Assembly (NCBI GenBank): GCA_965214925.1
Contig: OZ244028.1
Location: forward strand, 3,592,205 to 3,656,204
Direction: 5' to 3'
DNA length: 64,000 nucleotides
From: Candidatus Latescibacterota bacterium
GTDB taxonomy: Bacteria; Latescibacterota; UBA2968
Under the pieces are notes generated by a model, which saw only the letters and a list, made by a program, of their open reading frames with translations, was not told where the DNA came from and did not search any database. Position numbers and translations under genes: made by a program. Shown piece by piece: positions 19,131 through 28,250 of the stretch (position 1 is its first letter; each line of letters opens with the position of its first letter).

Positions 19131-20981
19131 ATGGATGAATTAACAGTTGTCGCATTTTTGCTGGCGTTGTGCTTGGTGCTGGTATTTCTGCTCGTTAGCA
19201 GGCGTCGCGCGTTTGCTCGTGAAGGCGATCTTTCAGATGGGTCAGACGGCGAGCGATTTGCACATAAGTGGGGGTATGCAGATACGCGATTTGAATTTGG
19301 CGATGACGGAAACGTGTGGATGACGGGCGCGCGGTACCTATTGTGTGGCTATCAGATGCCTCATTTTTTGCCCTTTGTCGAAGAGATGCTCGATCTGCCC
19401 ATCCGCCCTGAAGACATGGGACAAGAGGTCGAACACCGCGACTTGCCCAAACCCATAGCAAACGATGGATTTTTGACTGCGGTGCGCGAGGAGCTCGGGG
19501 ACGACCGAGTTTCTCAAGAAGATATCGAGCGTTTGGTGCATAGCCACGGTCAGTTGAGCGTGGATGAGGTATATCAAATTTTGTACCATCGCCCCCCCGA
19601 ACGCTTGGTGGATGTGGTGGTGTTTCCAGAGGGCGAGACAGATATTCAGAAAATCGTTCAGCTCGCAAACGACCACAACGCAGTGCTGGTGCCCTATGGC
19701 GGAGGGACGAATGTGAGTGGCGCGCTCGCCATTCCCACATCGGAAACGCGCATGGTCGCGTCGGTAGATATGCGGCGCATGAATCGCGTGGTGTGGTTGG
19801 ATGAAGAAAATTTCCAAGCATGTGTGGAAGCGGGCATGTCGGGCGTGCAATTGGAGAACGCCCTGAACGCGCGGGGGTACACCGCGGGACACGATCCAGA
19901 CAGCTTGGAGTTTTCGACCCTGGGCGGTTGGATTTCGACCCACGCCAGCGGCATGAAAAAGAATCGGTATGGCAATATTGAAGATATTGTGCTAGAAGCC
20001 ACGTTGGTGACGCCAACAGGTGAGGTCCAGACGCGACATGCAACGCCGCGCAATTCAACGGGTGTGCAACCCCGGTCATTTTTGTTTGGCAGCGAGGGCA
20101 ATTTGGGGATCATTACCCGGGCGATTATCAAGGTCCACAAACAACCCCGAGTGCAGCAATTTGGCTCGCTGGTCTTTCCGTCATTTGAACAGGGGGTGGA
20201 TTACCTCAAGGCACTGAGGCAGACCGGACAGATTCCGGCGAGTATTCGGCTGCTGAACAACACGGAATTTCGTTTTGGACAGGCATTGAAACCCGCGGCA
20301 AAAGGCGTCGCGAAGATCGAGCAAGAGATTCAGCGTTTCTTCCTGTTCAAGCTCAAGGGCTTTGATCTGAAGCAGGTGGTGGCGTGTACGATTGTGATGG
20401 AAGGAACAAAAGACGAGGTCAGGCAACAGGTAAAGACGATTTTCCGTTTGGCGAAAAAGTACGGCGGTATTTCGGGCGGGGCGAGCAATGGCAAGCGGGG
20501 GTATATGCTGACGTTTGGCATTGCGTATATCCGCGACTTTTTCAGTCAGTTTCACATTTTGGGCGAAACATTTGAAACCTCTGTGCCGTGGACACATGTC
20601 CACGAGGTCATCGGCGCGGTGAAAAAGAAGTTGTTTGCTTTGTGTGAAAAATGCGGGATACCGGGCAAGCCCTATTTGGCCTATCGCGTGACGCAGACCT
20701 ATCACACGGGCGTGTGCATTTATTTTACCATGGGCTTTTGCGGACAAGGGCTTGAAGATGCCGTTGGCGTTTTTCAAAAAATTGAGCGCGCGTTGCGCCA
20801 AGAGATCTTAAACCAGGGCGGCTCTTTGTCGCACCATCACGGCGTGGGCAAACTCCGCAGGGGATTCTTGCCGCAAATTCAAAGTGAAAACAGCATCGCG
20901 GTCTTGCGGCAGATGAAAAGGGCAATGGATCCAAACAATGTCTTTGCCATTGGCAACGGCGCGTTTGGAAGTGAAAGCTGA
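19131..20981 (+). CDS. Alkyldihydroxyacetonephosphate synthase (AGPS, FAD-linked oxidase) with an N-terminal transmembrane helix
   Basis: FAD-binding PCMH-type blocks (VVFPEGETDIQKIV, PYGGGTNVSG, GGWISTHASG) and C-terminal HHHGVGK. Start MDELTVVAFLL at 19131 follows a GAGGAA ribosome-binding site. Confidence 0.8.
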   Translation: MDELTVVAFLLALCLVLVFLLVSRRRAFAREGDLSDGSDGERFAHKWGYADTRFEFGDDGNVWMTGARYLLCGYQMPHFLPFVEEMLDLPIRPEDMGQEVEHRDLPKPIANDGFLTAVREELGDDRVSQEDIERLVHSHGQLSVDEVYQILYHRPPERLVDVVVFPEGETDIQKIVQLANDHNAVLVPYGGGTNVSGALAIPTSETRMVASVDMRRMNRVVWLDEENFQACVEAGMSGVQLENALNARGYTAGHDPDSLEFSTLGGWISTHASGMKKNRYGNIEDIVLEATLVTPTGEVQTRHATPRNSTGVQPRSFLFGSEGNLGIITRAIIKVHKQPRVQQFGSLVFPSFEQGVDYLKALRQTGQIPASIRLLNNTEFRFGQALKPAAKGVAKIEQEIQRFFLFKLKGFDLKQVVACTIVMEGTKDEVRQQVKTIFRLAKKYGGISGGASNGKRGYMLTFGIAYIRDFFSQFHILGETFETSVPWTHVHEVIGAVKKKLFALCEKCGIPGKPYLAYRVTQTYHTGVCIYFTMGFCGQGLEDAVGVFQKIERALRQEILNQGGSLSHHHGVGKLRRGFLPQIQSENSIAVLRQMKRAMDPNNVFAIGNGAFGSES

Positions 20982-21004
20982 CCGCGCGAGGGACGTTTGA
21001 CGCC

Positions 21005-21538
21005 ATGCGGGAAACGACCAATGCGATGAAGGTGCGGGAACTCATGCGGCATCTCGGCGCGGAGGCGAGAGGCGAAGGCCGTATTTACCTCGTCGGTGGG
21101 AGTTCCGCGGTGCTGCTGGGCTGGCGGATGACCACCGTGGATGTCGATCTCAAGATCGACCCAGAACCCGTCGGTGTCTTTGATGCGATTGCACGCGCCA
21201 AAAATATCTTGAACATAAATGTCGAACTGGCGGCTCCCGACGACTTCATCCCCGCCCTTCCCAACTGGCGCGAGCGCAGCGCGTTCATCGCCCGGTACGG
21301 ACAGATCGATTTTTTCCACTACGACTTCTACGCGCAAGCACTCGCGAAGATCGAGCGCGGCCATGAACAGGATCTGCGCGATGTCCAAGCGATGCACCGG
21401 GAACGATTGATTGAACCGACGCGTCTGACCGCGCTTTTCAGTGCCATAGAGCCGACTTTGGTGCGCTATCCCGCGATTGATGCCGCGTACTTCCACGAGA
21501 AGGTGCAAAAAGCGGTGATCGCGATGGGAAAACAATGA
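21005..21538 (+). CDS. Nucleotidyltransferase-fold protein (Pol-beta superfamily, minimal-NTase-like)
   Basis: VGGSSAV...VDVDL fits the hG[GS]-x(9-13)-DxD NTase signature. ATGA overlap with the next gene. Confidence 0.5.
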   Translation: MRETTNAMKVRELMRHLGAEARGEGRIYLVGGSSAVLLGWRMTTVDVDLKIDPEPVGVFDAIARAKNILNINVELAAPDDFIPALPNWRERSAFIARYGQIDFFHYDFYAQALAKIERGHEQDLRDVQAMHRERLIEPTRLTALFSAIEPTLVRYPAIDAAYFHEKVQKAVIAMGKQ

Positions 21539-22137
21539 CCAAAGTACCTGAAAATCTGCCCGGCGCGGATCTCGTTGCGTCGGGCATCGAAGCCTTGCAG
21601 CGCGGCGAGACCACGGTTGAGGCCTTGCTCGTCGCCATCGGTGCGCCGCGTTTGCGCGCGGCCGGACTGGAAATTCCCCACGCGCCGGGATTGCCCGACC
21701 AGCCAGAACTCGCCCTCTATACGGCCCTCGGTGCCATGTATCCCCGAGATACGCACTCGCGCTACAATGGTCTTATTCGCCGCCTCGTCAGCTTTGAGCG
21801 CGCACTCGAGCACTTGGTCGCACGGGGTGAGTCGCGCGCTTTGGACGCAACGGCTGACGAATTTCGTTTAACAGACGATCACCAGGAACCCCAACTGAAG
21901 AGGAACAACGACCTGACAGACTATCGGGACCGCATCACTATCGCACCGGGTAAACGCGGCGGAAAGCCTTGCATCCGCAACATGCGAATCACGGTTTACG
22001 ATGTGCTGGAATGGCTGGCTTCCGGCATGAGCGAAACCGAGATTCTGGCGGATTATCCGGAACTGACCCAAGAGGACATCCGAGCCTGCTTGGCTTTCGC
22101 CGCTGATCGAGAACGCCAACTGGTTGCACTGTCTTGA
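21535..22137 (+). CDS. DUF433 domain protein (antitoxin-like C-terminal domain) with an unidentified ~120-aa N-terminal region
   Basis: C-terminus ITIAPGKRGGKPCIRNMRITVYDVLEWLASGMSETEILADYPELTQEDIRACLAFA matches DUF433. Confidence 0.5.
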   Translation: MTKVPENLPGADLVASGIEALQRGETTVEALLVAIGAPRLRAAGLEIPHAPGLPDQPELALYTALGAMYPRDTHSRYNGLIRRLVSFERALEHLVARGESRALDATADEFRLTDDHQEPQLKRNNDLTDYRDRITIAPGKRGGKPCIRNMRITVYDVLEWLASGMSETEILADYPELTQEDIRACLAFAADRERQLVALS

Positions 22138-22441
22138 AACTGCTACTGGATCAAAATCTGTCATTGCTTATCCGTATTCAACTCAGGTACGGCTCGTTGG
22201 TTTGGATCACGCCGATGATCTGGATGTCTGGAACTATGCTAAAGATCAAGGCTTTGTCATCGTTAGCAAAGATGCGGATTTCTCTGAATTCAGCTTGATC
22301 TATGGTCATCCGCCTAAGGTCGTCTGGCTGAGGTGCGGTAACAAGCCCAACTGGTATGTGTTGAACCTGCTACTCAATCACCGAAATAGAATCAGTGACT
22401 TTATCCGTAATAGAGAAACCGGTTGTCTTGAGATGTACTGA
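22134..22441 (+). pseudogene. DUF5615-family (PIN-like) toxin candidate, disrupted by a -1 frameshift near 22150-22175
   Basis: Frame 3 from TTG 22134 gives MKLLLDQNLS, the DUF5615 N-terminal consensus. The rest of the domain (VGLDHADDLDVWNYAKDQGFVIVSKDADF...VVWLRCGN) is in frame 2. Confidence 0.5.
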
Positions 22442-22528
22442 GGTGTGGACTTAAGGACATTTTGAGAAAAATAAAGAGATAACGGAATCAACCATGCAAA
22501 CTGAACTTTTCATTATTGACTTATACCT

Positions 22529-23365
22529 ATGTCAGCACATGCTTTGAAAGGCGCGATGTTTCGCGATAAAGTGGCGATCATTACGGGCGCGTCTTCGGGC
22601 CTGGGGGCCGCGCTGGCACTGGAACTGGCGAAACGAGGTACGCACTTAGCCCTGTTTGCGCGGCGCGAGGCAAAGCTCGCGGAGACAACCGAACGGTGTC
22701 GATCATGGGGTGTGTGCGCGCGCCCTGTGACAGGCGATGTCACACAGGCCGAGCATTGCGAACACTTGATCGACGCGGCGATAACAGAATTTGGTCAAAT
22801 AGATTATTTGATCGCCAATGCCGGGATCAGTATGTGGGCGCGATTTGACGAGGTGGAAGATCTGGGCGTGTTTCGGAAATTAATGGAGACAAATTATCTC
22901 GGTCTGGTCTATTGTGTGCATTCGGCATTGCCCTATCTGAAAGCTTCAAAGGGCATGCTGGTGGGCATTGCTTCTGTGCAGGGCAAAATTAGCGTGCCCC
23001 TGCACACGGGGTATGCCGCGTCAAAACACGCTGGGGTGGGTTTTTTGAACGCCCTGCGGATGGAAGTCGATGATGTACACATATTGACGGTCTTGCCGCA
23101 CTGGCTTCAGGGAACGAATTTGAGACAGAGCGCCTTTGGCAAAGATGGCGAAGCACTCGGCGCATCCTCACAGCGACACAATAAAGAGTCAATTTCCACA
23201 AAAAATTGTTGCAACGCTATTTTGAAAGCCATAATAAAACAAAAGCGCGAACTCGTGATCCCATGGAAACTCCGTACCCTGCCCTGGCTGCAACTGATCC
23301 ACCCCAAAATTGTCGAATGGCTGGTGAAGGACAAGATGAAGGATCAAGAGTCAAATGGCTGGTGA
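22529..23365 (+). CDS. Short-chain dehydrogenase/reductase (SDR)
   Basis: ITGASSGLG and YAASKHA. The 3' end carries a ~40-bp imperfect tandem duplication. Confidence 0.8.
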   Translation: MSAHALKGAMFRDKVAIITGASSGLGAALALELAKRGTHLALFARREAKLAETTERCRSWGVCARPVTGDVTQAEHCEHLIDAAITEFGQIDYLIANAGISMWARFDEVEDLGVFRKLMETNYLGLVYCVHSALPYLKASKGMLVGIASVQGKISVPLHTGYAASKHAGVGFLNALRMEVDDVHILTVLPHWLQGTNLRQSAFGKDGEALGASSQRHNKESISTKNCCNAILKAIIKQKRELVIPWKLRTLPWLQLIHPKIVEWLVKDKMKDQESNGW

Positions 23366-23469
23366 AGGACAAGGCATGTTCTGAAAAGACGTTATTCAGT
23401 ATGAAGGATCAAGATGCCCAGGATTAGGCATCGCTGCTTGTTTTGACACCGAGTTGAGGACAAAAAAAA

Positions 23470-25365
23470 ATGAACCCACAAGTATCCATTCCCAAGACTC
23501 AGATCGCTTCGTTTTGTCAAGCTCGAGGAATCAAGCGGCTTGCCATCTTCGGTTCTGCACTGCGTTCCGATTTCGGGCCGGACAGCGATATCGACGTGCT
23601 CGTCGAATTTGAGCACGGCCACACGCCCGGATTCTTGGGGCTCGCCGACATATCGGCCGACGACCTTGAAGGTATGCTGGAAGATGACTCCGATGTTGCC
23701 GATATCGCAGGGGCAACTGGAGGGACATCTGAAAATGTACAGCGAGAGCTCGCATTGCTTAACCACGCCATCGCAGAGTTAGAACAAGTTGAAGACGACT
23801 CCAAAGCACAAGTACTTGTTGAACAACTTACTGAGATATTCAACAATCACGCGAACGAAAAAGTGATTGTGTTCACCCAGTTTCGTGAGACTCAGCGCTA
23901 TCTTGAGGAAAAACTCAGAGAGCGAGGTTGGGGTGTCAGTCTTTTCCATGGGCAATTGAACCCCAAAGAAAAGGATCGCGCTGTGGAGCGTTTTCGCGAT
24001 GGCACCGGCCCGCAAGGCCCGCAAGTACTCATCAGCACAGAGGCGGGCGGGGAAGGGCGAAACTTGCAGTTCTGTCATCTGCTGGTCAACTATGACTTGC
24101 CTTGGAACCCGATGAAAGTCGAGCAACGCATCGGCAGAATCGACCGCATCGGGCAGAACCACCCAATTAGCATCTTCAATTTTGGGGTCAAGGATACCAT
24201 TGAGGATCGTGTACTCGAGGTATTGGAGAATCGTATCAGATTGTTCGAAGATACTGTGGGCGGCCTCGACCCAATTCTCGGCGATGTCGAGAGCGATAGT
24301 AAGAAAATCATGCGCGTCGCTGAAGATAAACGAGAGGCAGCTATCGCCAAATTAGGAAAGCGCGTGGAGGAAGATATACGCAACGCCAGGGAAGCAGGGG
24401 AACTGCTTGACGACTTCATTATGGACACAAAGTCGTACCGAAAAGAAATAGTCGAGCGTATCTTAGGGCAACCCTCGCCTGTTAACAATGACGACTTTGA
24501 GCAGTTTATTGGACAGAGCCTCGCCGATGTACGCACATACATCAAACAAACCGGAGATATGTACGAGTTGACTTTCCATGGTGACTTTTTCGATACCCAT
24601 CAGCGGCATCTCTTTCCCAGGGGACGGAAAATGAGGGCGGTGTTCCGTCCAGACAGCCGGTCCGACGCGGAGGATGTCGAATTTATGGCCTTCGGCCACA
24701 AAATCGTCAATGTCATTGTCGAACAAATTCTCAACGAGGAATATGAAGGAGTGACCGGCACCCGTCGCATTGCTGCGGACAGCGACCTATCTCCCACAGC
24801 CGGGTGGCTTTTCACCTACCAGTTCACCACGTCTGGTGCGCGTCCCATCGAAAAGGTCATGCCGGTTTTCGTGAGCGATAGTGGCGAGATTGATTTGCAG
24901 ACAGGACACCATCTTTTGCGGCGTGCTTTCCGGTTTGACAGCACAGAGACAGAAATCAATCGGGATGAGATTCCCAACAATCTTAACGAGAGTTATTCTC
25001 GGGCAGATGGGTTCGCTAACGCGGAGAGGGAGAGAATCCAGCGGAAGGCACAACAGGAGGCCACAGAGAGGGCTGACCGGGAAGTCTCCAGGATCGAGAA
25101 GTTATTCGACTATAAAGAACGTGGAGCTAGCGATAAGGTGAAAGCTGCTCGAACCACGCTGAATTGTCTTCGAGAAAGTGGCGATGAGTCGCAGCGTCAG
25201 ATTTTGCCTGTCTGGGAAGCCAATTTACGACGGGCCGAGGAATTATCCGCCAAATTGGCCGAAGATCGCTGTCGTCAGATTGCTGAGGTGGAGAAATATC
25301 GTCACCCACAAGTTGATTGGGCACTGAAGTCACTCGGCCGTATTGAGGTGGTAGTTCGCAAATAG
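23470..25365 (+). CDS. Chimeric ORF: truncated minimal nucleotidyltransferase N-terminus fused to the C-terminal half of a RapA/HepA-like SNF2 helicase; no DEXH ATPase N-domain
   Basis: AIFGSALRSDFGPDSDIDVLVEF (NTase) then VIVFTQF...VLISTEAGGEGRNLQFCHLLVNYDLPWNPMKVEQRIGRIDRIGQ (helicase C motifs IV-VI). No Walker A/B anywhere in the ORF. Confidence 0.6.
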   Translation: MNPQVSIPKTQIASFCQARGIKRLAIFGSALRSDFGPDSDIDVLVEFEHGHTPGFLGLADISADDLEGMLEDDSDVADIAGATGGTSENVQRELALLNHAIAELEQVEDDSKAQVLVEQLTEIFNNHANEKVIVFTQFRETQRYLEEKLRERGWGVSLFHGQLNPKEKDRAVERFRDGTGPQGPQVLISTEAGGEGRNLQFCHLLVNYDLPWNPMKVEQRIGRIDRIGQNHPISIFNFGVKDTIEDRVLEVLENRIRLFEDTVGGLDPILGDVESDSKKIMRVAEDKREAAIAKLGKRVEEDIRNAREAGELLDDFIMDTKSYRKEIVERILGQPSPVNNDDFEQFIGQSLADVRTYIKQTGDMYELTFHGDFFDTHQRHLFPRGRKMRAVFRPDSRSDAEDVEFMAFGHKIVNVIVEQILNEEYEGVTGTRRIAADSDLSPTAGWLFTYQFTTSGARPIEKVMPVFVSDSGEIDLQTGHHLLRRAFRFDSTETEINRDEIPNNLNESYSRADGFANAERERIQRKAQQEATERADREVSRIEKLFDYKERGASDKVKAARTTLNCLRESGDESQRQILPVWEANLRRAEELSAKLAEDRCRQIAEVEKYRHPQVDWALKSLGRIEVVVRK

Positions 25366-25556
25366 CACCCTCCATACTTAAGGAAAGCCTATATTTTTTT
25401 TCATACCCGCCTGCCAACAATGTGGTGAGAAATATTTGACCACTGCTGCCGCAAAAGAGATTGAGCACCACACCGATTCAAACACGGATAAAGTCTCTGG
25501 ATAAATCTCATCGCCCTTTTTGAACTCATCTCATTATGAGGTGGGTTTTCTTTTTT

Positions 25557-25585
25557 AGCTATTGGCTATCAGCTTTCAGCCCGTC
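25557..25585. repeat. Dispersed element, copy D: AGCTATT-GGCTATCAG-CTTTCAG-CCCGTC
   Basis: Sequence similarity to copies at 14776, 29614 and 31874. Confidence 0.5.
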
Positions 25586-25793
25586 TCTCAAACCCTCTGG
25601 ATTCCGGCTTTCATCACCACAGACTTTTCACCTGAATGACGCGATTGCTGTCCCTTGTTCATCTCTGTTCATCCGTGGTTGCGTCTTACCTCTCGCGCCT
25701 GCCCCTGACGGCCCTGCCTACTGCCAGACAGTGCATTTGGCTTTTTTGTTTTCGGGCGGGCACAGGGGCCGCGCCTCTACCCTCGTGTCTTTC

Positions 25794-25823
25794 TGCACTT
25801 TGCACTTTGCACTTTGCACTTTG
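25794..25823. repeat. Microsatellite (TGCACTT / CACTTTG), about 4.3 tandem copies
   Basis: ctgcactttgcactttgcactttgcactttg read directly. It sits inside a ~380-bp CT-rich non-coding block (25540-25930) that also contains the AATCCGCG motifs. Confidence 0.85.
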
Positions 25824-25954
25824 TCTGACCTTTCGCTTTTCATCCGCGTTCATCTGCATTTATCAGTGGTTGCTTTTCGCTTTTCATCCGCGCAATCCGC
25901 GTCATCTGCTTAATCCGTGATCCGCCTTTTATCTTTCGCGTCTTACCTCTCTAT

Positions 25955-26969
25955 GTCAACCCATTGGACAATCATTGCAAATCCCGTTTCGGGACGGGGC
26001 CGTGCAAAACGCATGGGGGAGTTGGTCGCGGATTTATTGCACAATCGAGGTGTAGGTGCTGACCTGATGGTGTCGGAGGCACCGGGCGAGTGTGAACGCC
26101 TCGCGCGAAAAGCATTGGCGCGGGGCGTGCGACAGGTTGCAGCGTGTGGCGGGGATGGCACAGTCCATGAAGTGGTCAACGGCCTCGCAAATTCAGACGC
26201 TGTTCTAGGGATTGTGCCCTGTGGCCGAGGGAATGATTTGGCGCGCGCATTGGATCTGCCCAAAGATGTGAACCGCGTGGTCAATACGCTGGTGCATGGC
26301 GCGGATCGCGCGATTGATCTGGGAAAAATGAACTGCTGTCGCAATGGGACACCGCTTGGCGATCGGTTTTTTGCGACCATTGCGAGTTTGGGATTCGACA
26401 CCGCAGTCGCACAAAGGACGCGGTCTCAGTCACCTCGCTCTCGAGCTTTGGGATGGGGCGGAACCGCATCTTATGGACTGGCGATTTTGCAAACGCTAGT
26501 GGGATATCGGTCTCCGATGGTGCGCTTGAGAGGAGATTTTGGTATTTTTGAAGGGCGTATTCTGCTGGTTGCAACGGCAAACGCGCCGTTTTATGGGAGC
26601 GGAATAAAAATTGCCCCTCACGCCGTGGTCGACGACGGAATGCTGGACGTGTGCATTGTGGCAGATGTGCCGCGCCGGACGGTTTTGCGACTCTTTTCAA
26701 GCGTGTATTCCGGCGCACACGTCGACCACCCTGCGGTGCATATCGCGCGAACCAAAACCTTGCAGATTGAAGCGGTGGATACCTGCGATAGCCGTTCAGC
26801 CGATGATCCCATGTGGGTATTTGCCGATGGCGAACCCATGTGTGAGATTCCTGCAAAAATCGAGGTCGTTCCCAACGCGCTGACTGTGAAAACAATGCGA
26901 ATGTACGACGCGAGACGCAAGAGGCGAGAGGCCCCCAAAACCCCTGCCTGTGCGCCGATGAACTGCTGA
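25955..26969 (+). CDS. Lipid kinase, diacylglycerol-kinase catalytic-domain family (YegS/BmrU-like)
   Basis: ANPVSGRG, ACGGDGTVHEV and GRGNDLAR blocks. The start could be 25917 or 25955. The stop TGA lies inside repeat copy 4. Confidence 0.75.
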
Positions 26970-26984
26970 CGCAGTTGTACCCCG
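26959..26984. repeat. Fourth copy of the 30-bp palindromic element (variant TGAACTGCTGACGCAGTTGTACCCCG)
   Basis: 24/25 identity to the core of the copies at 4255-4549. The G->A variant creates the TGA stop of the lipid kinase gene. Confidence 0.75.
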
Positions 26985-27030
26985 CCGCGTCAATGCGTCA
27001 ATGCTTCTATTCATAAAAGGGAGGTTTGAG

Positions 27031-27705
27031 ATGATTCAGATGGCGGGTATTCAAAAGTGGTATTCCTCGCGCTTTATCAGAACGGTTGTCTTGCAGGGCA
27101 TTGATCTAAAGGTTGCATCTGGGGAGTTTGTCTCCATTATGGGGCCTTCTGGGTCGGGCAAATCCACGTTGTTGCACATTATGGGCATGCTGGATTCCTC
27201 AAACAAAGGCGAATACTTTTTTGATGGCAAAGCCGTGCATAAGATGCGCGAACGCCAGCGATCAGATTGTCACAAGGACAATATCGGCTTTGTGTTTCAG
27301 AGCTACCATCTGATTGACGAACTGACCGTGTACGGAAACATCGAAACACCTTTGTTGTACAAAAAGGTGAAGGGGGATGAACGCAAGGATCGGGTGAATG
27401 CCATGCTGGACGAGTTTGATCTGACGCAGAAGAGAGACTTGTTTCCCCACCAATTGTCGGGCGGCGAACAGCAGCGCGTGGGCATCGCGCGCGCGGTGGT
27501 GATCGAACCGCGCTTGATTTTGGCTGACGAACCCACGGGCAACTTAAATTCAACACAGGGCGAGCAGGTGATGAATCTGTTCACGCAGTTGCATGGCGAA
27601 GGTACAACCATTGTGCAGGTGACGCATTCGGAAAAATGGGCGGGCTATGGCAAACGCATTGTGCATCTGCTCGATGGGGAAGTGGTGAAGGATGAAGCGG
27701 TGTGA
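27031..27705 (+). CDS. ABC transporter ATP-binding protein (LolD/MacB-type), with no adjacent permease gene
   Basis: GPSGSGKST Walker [15 protein letters not shown] signature and [10 protein letters not shown] Walker B. AAGGGAGG ribosome-binding site. Confidence 0.85.
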   Translation: MIQMAGIQKWYSSRFIRTVVLQGIDLKVASGEFVSIMGPSGSGKSTLLHIMGMLDSSNKGEYFFDGKAVHKMRERQRSDCHKDNIGFVFQSYHLIDELTVYGNIETPLLYKKVKGDERKDRVNAMLDEFDLTQKRDLFPHQLSGGEQQRVGIARAVVIEPRLILADEPTGNLNSTQGEQVMNLFTQLHGEGTTIVQVTHSEKWAGYGKRIVHLLDGEVVKDEAV

Positions 27706-28250
27706 ATCGGTGAATGCTTCGCGTGGATGAGGTCAGGTGATCGGCAGTTGACGGGTGCGGATTTGCCCTTTGGCAACACTGAGAACAGCTCCTCGTGCCA
27801 AACTACTTTGATGCTGGTGGAGGATCGTTAGAAGATACCGATTCACGTTTTGCGGGGTCATATTTCGAAGGCGAAAGATGATCACACTGGGAAGGATAAC
27901 TCGAGTGGCGGCGAGAATATTGGCGAAGTCCAAATCGTGGGTCAGGATGATGCGAGATTCTCGATTTCAAAAATGTCAATATCTGGCAGTCGGTCGAGTT
28001 GTTGGTCACTCAGATAAACCGCCTCGTATCCCTGCGATTTTAAAAAAGAAATGGTTTGAGGCGATATACCCCCATGTCGGCGAGAAAGTTCACAGTACAG
28101 CGGCCTCGAGTGGGTGAACGGATTCCTCAGCGAGCCACGCAGCATATTGAAGGGCCTGTTGAATGTATTCAACTTCGACATACAGCCGGCGCGCAGCACC
28201 CTGATCGCACGCTCAATTTCCATTTGAATCGTTTTCACAAGTTCTCGCGG

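Noticed and set aside
25536-25920. ORFs of 125 and 94 aa in the CT-rich block
   Set aside because: Extremely low-complexity translations (runs of S/F/L/H) and no ribosome-binding site. They coincide with microsatellite and short-repeat DNA, so they are more likely non-coding.
27942-28238. 98-aa ORF in the 545-bp gap as a toxin or transposase remnant
   Set aside because: No recognisable catalytic motif (PIN, DDE or HTH), no ribosome-binding site, and overlapping ORFs in other frames. It is kept only as a note under the paralogue finding.
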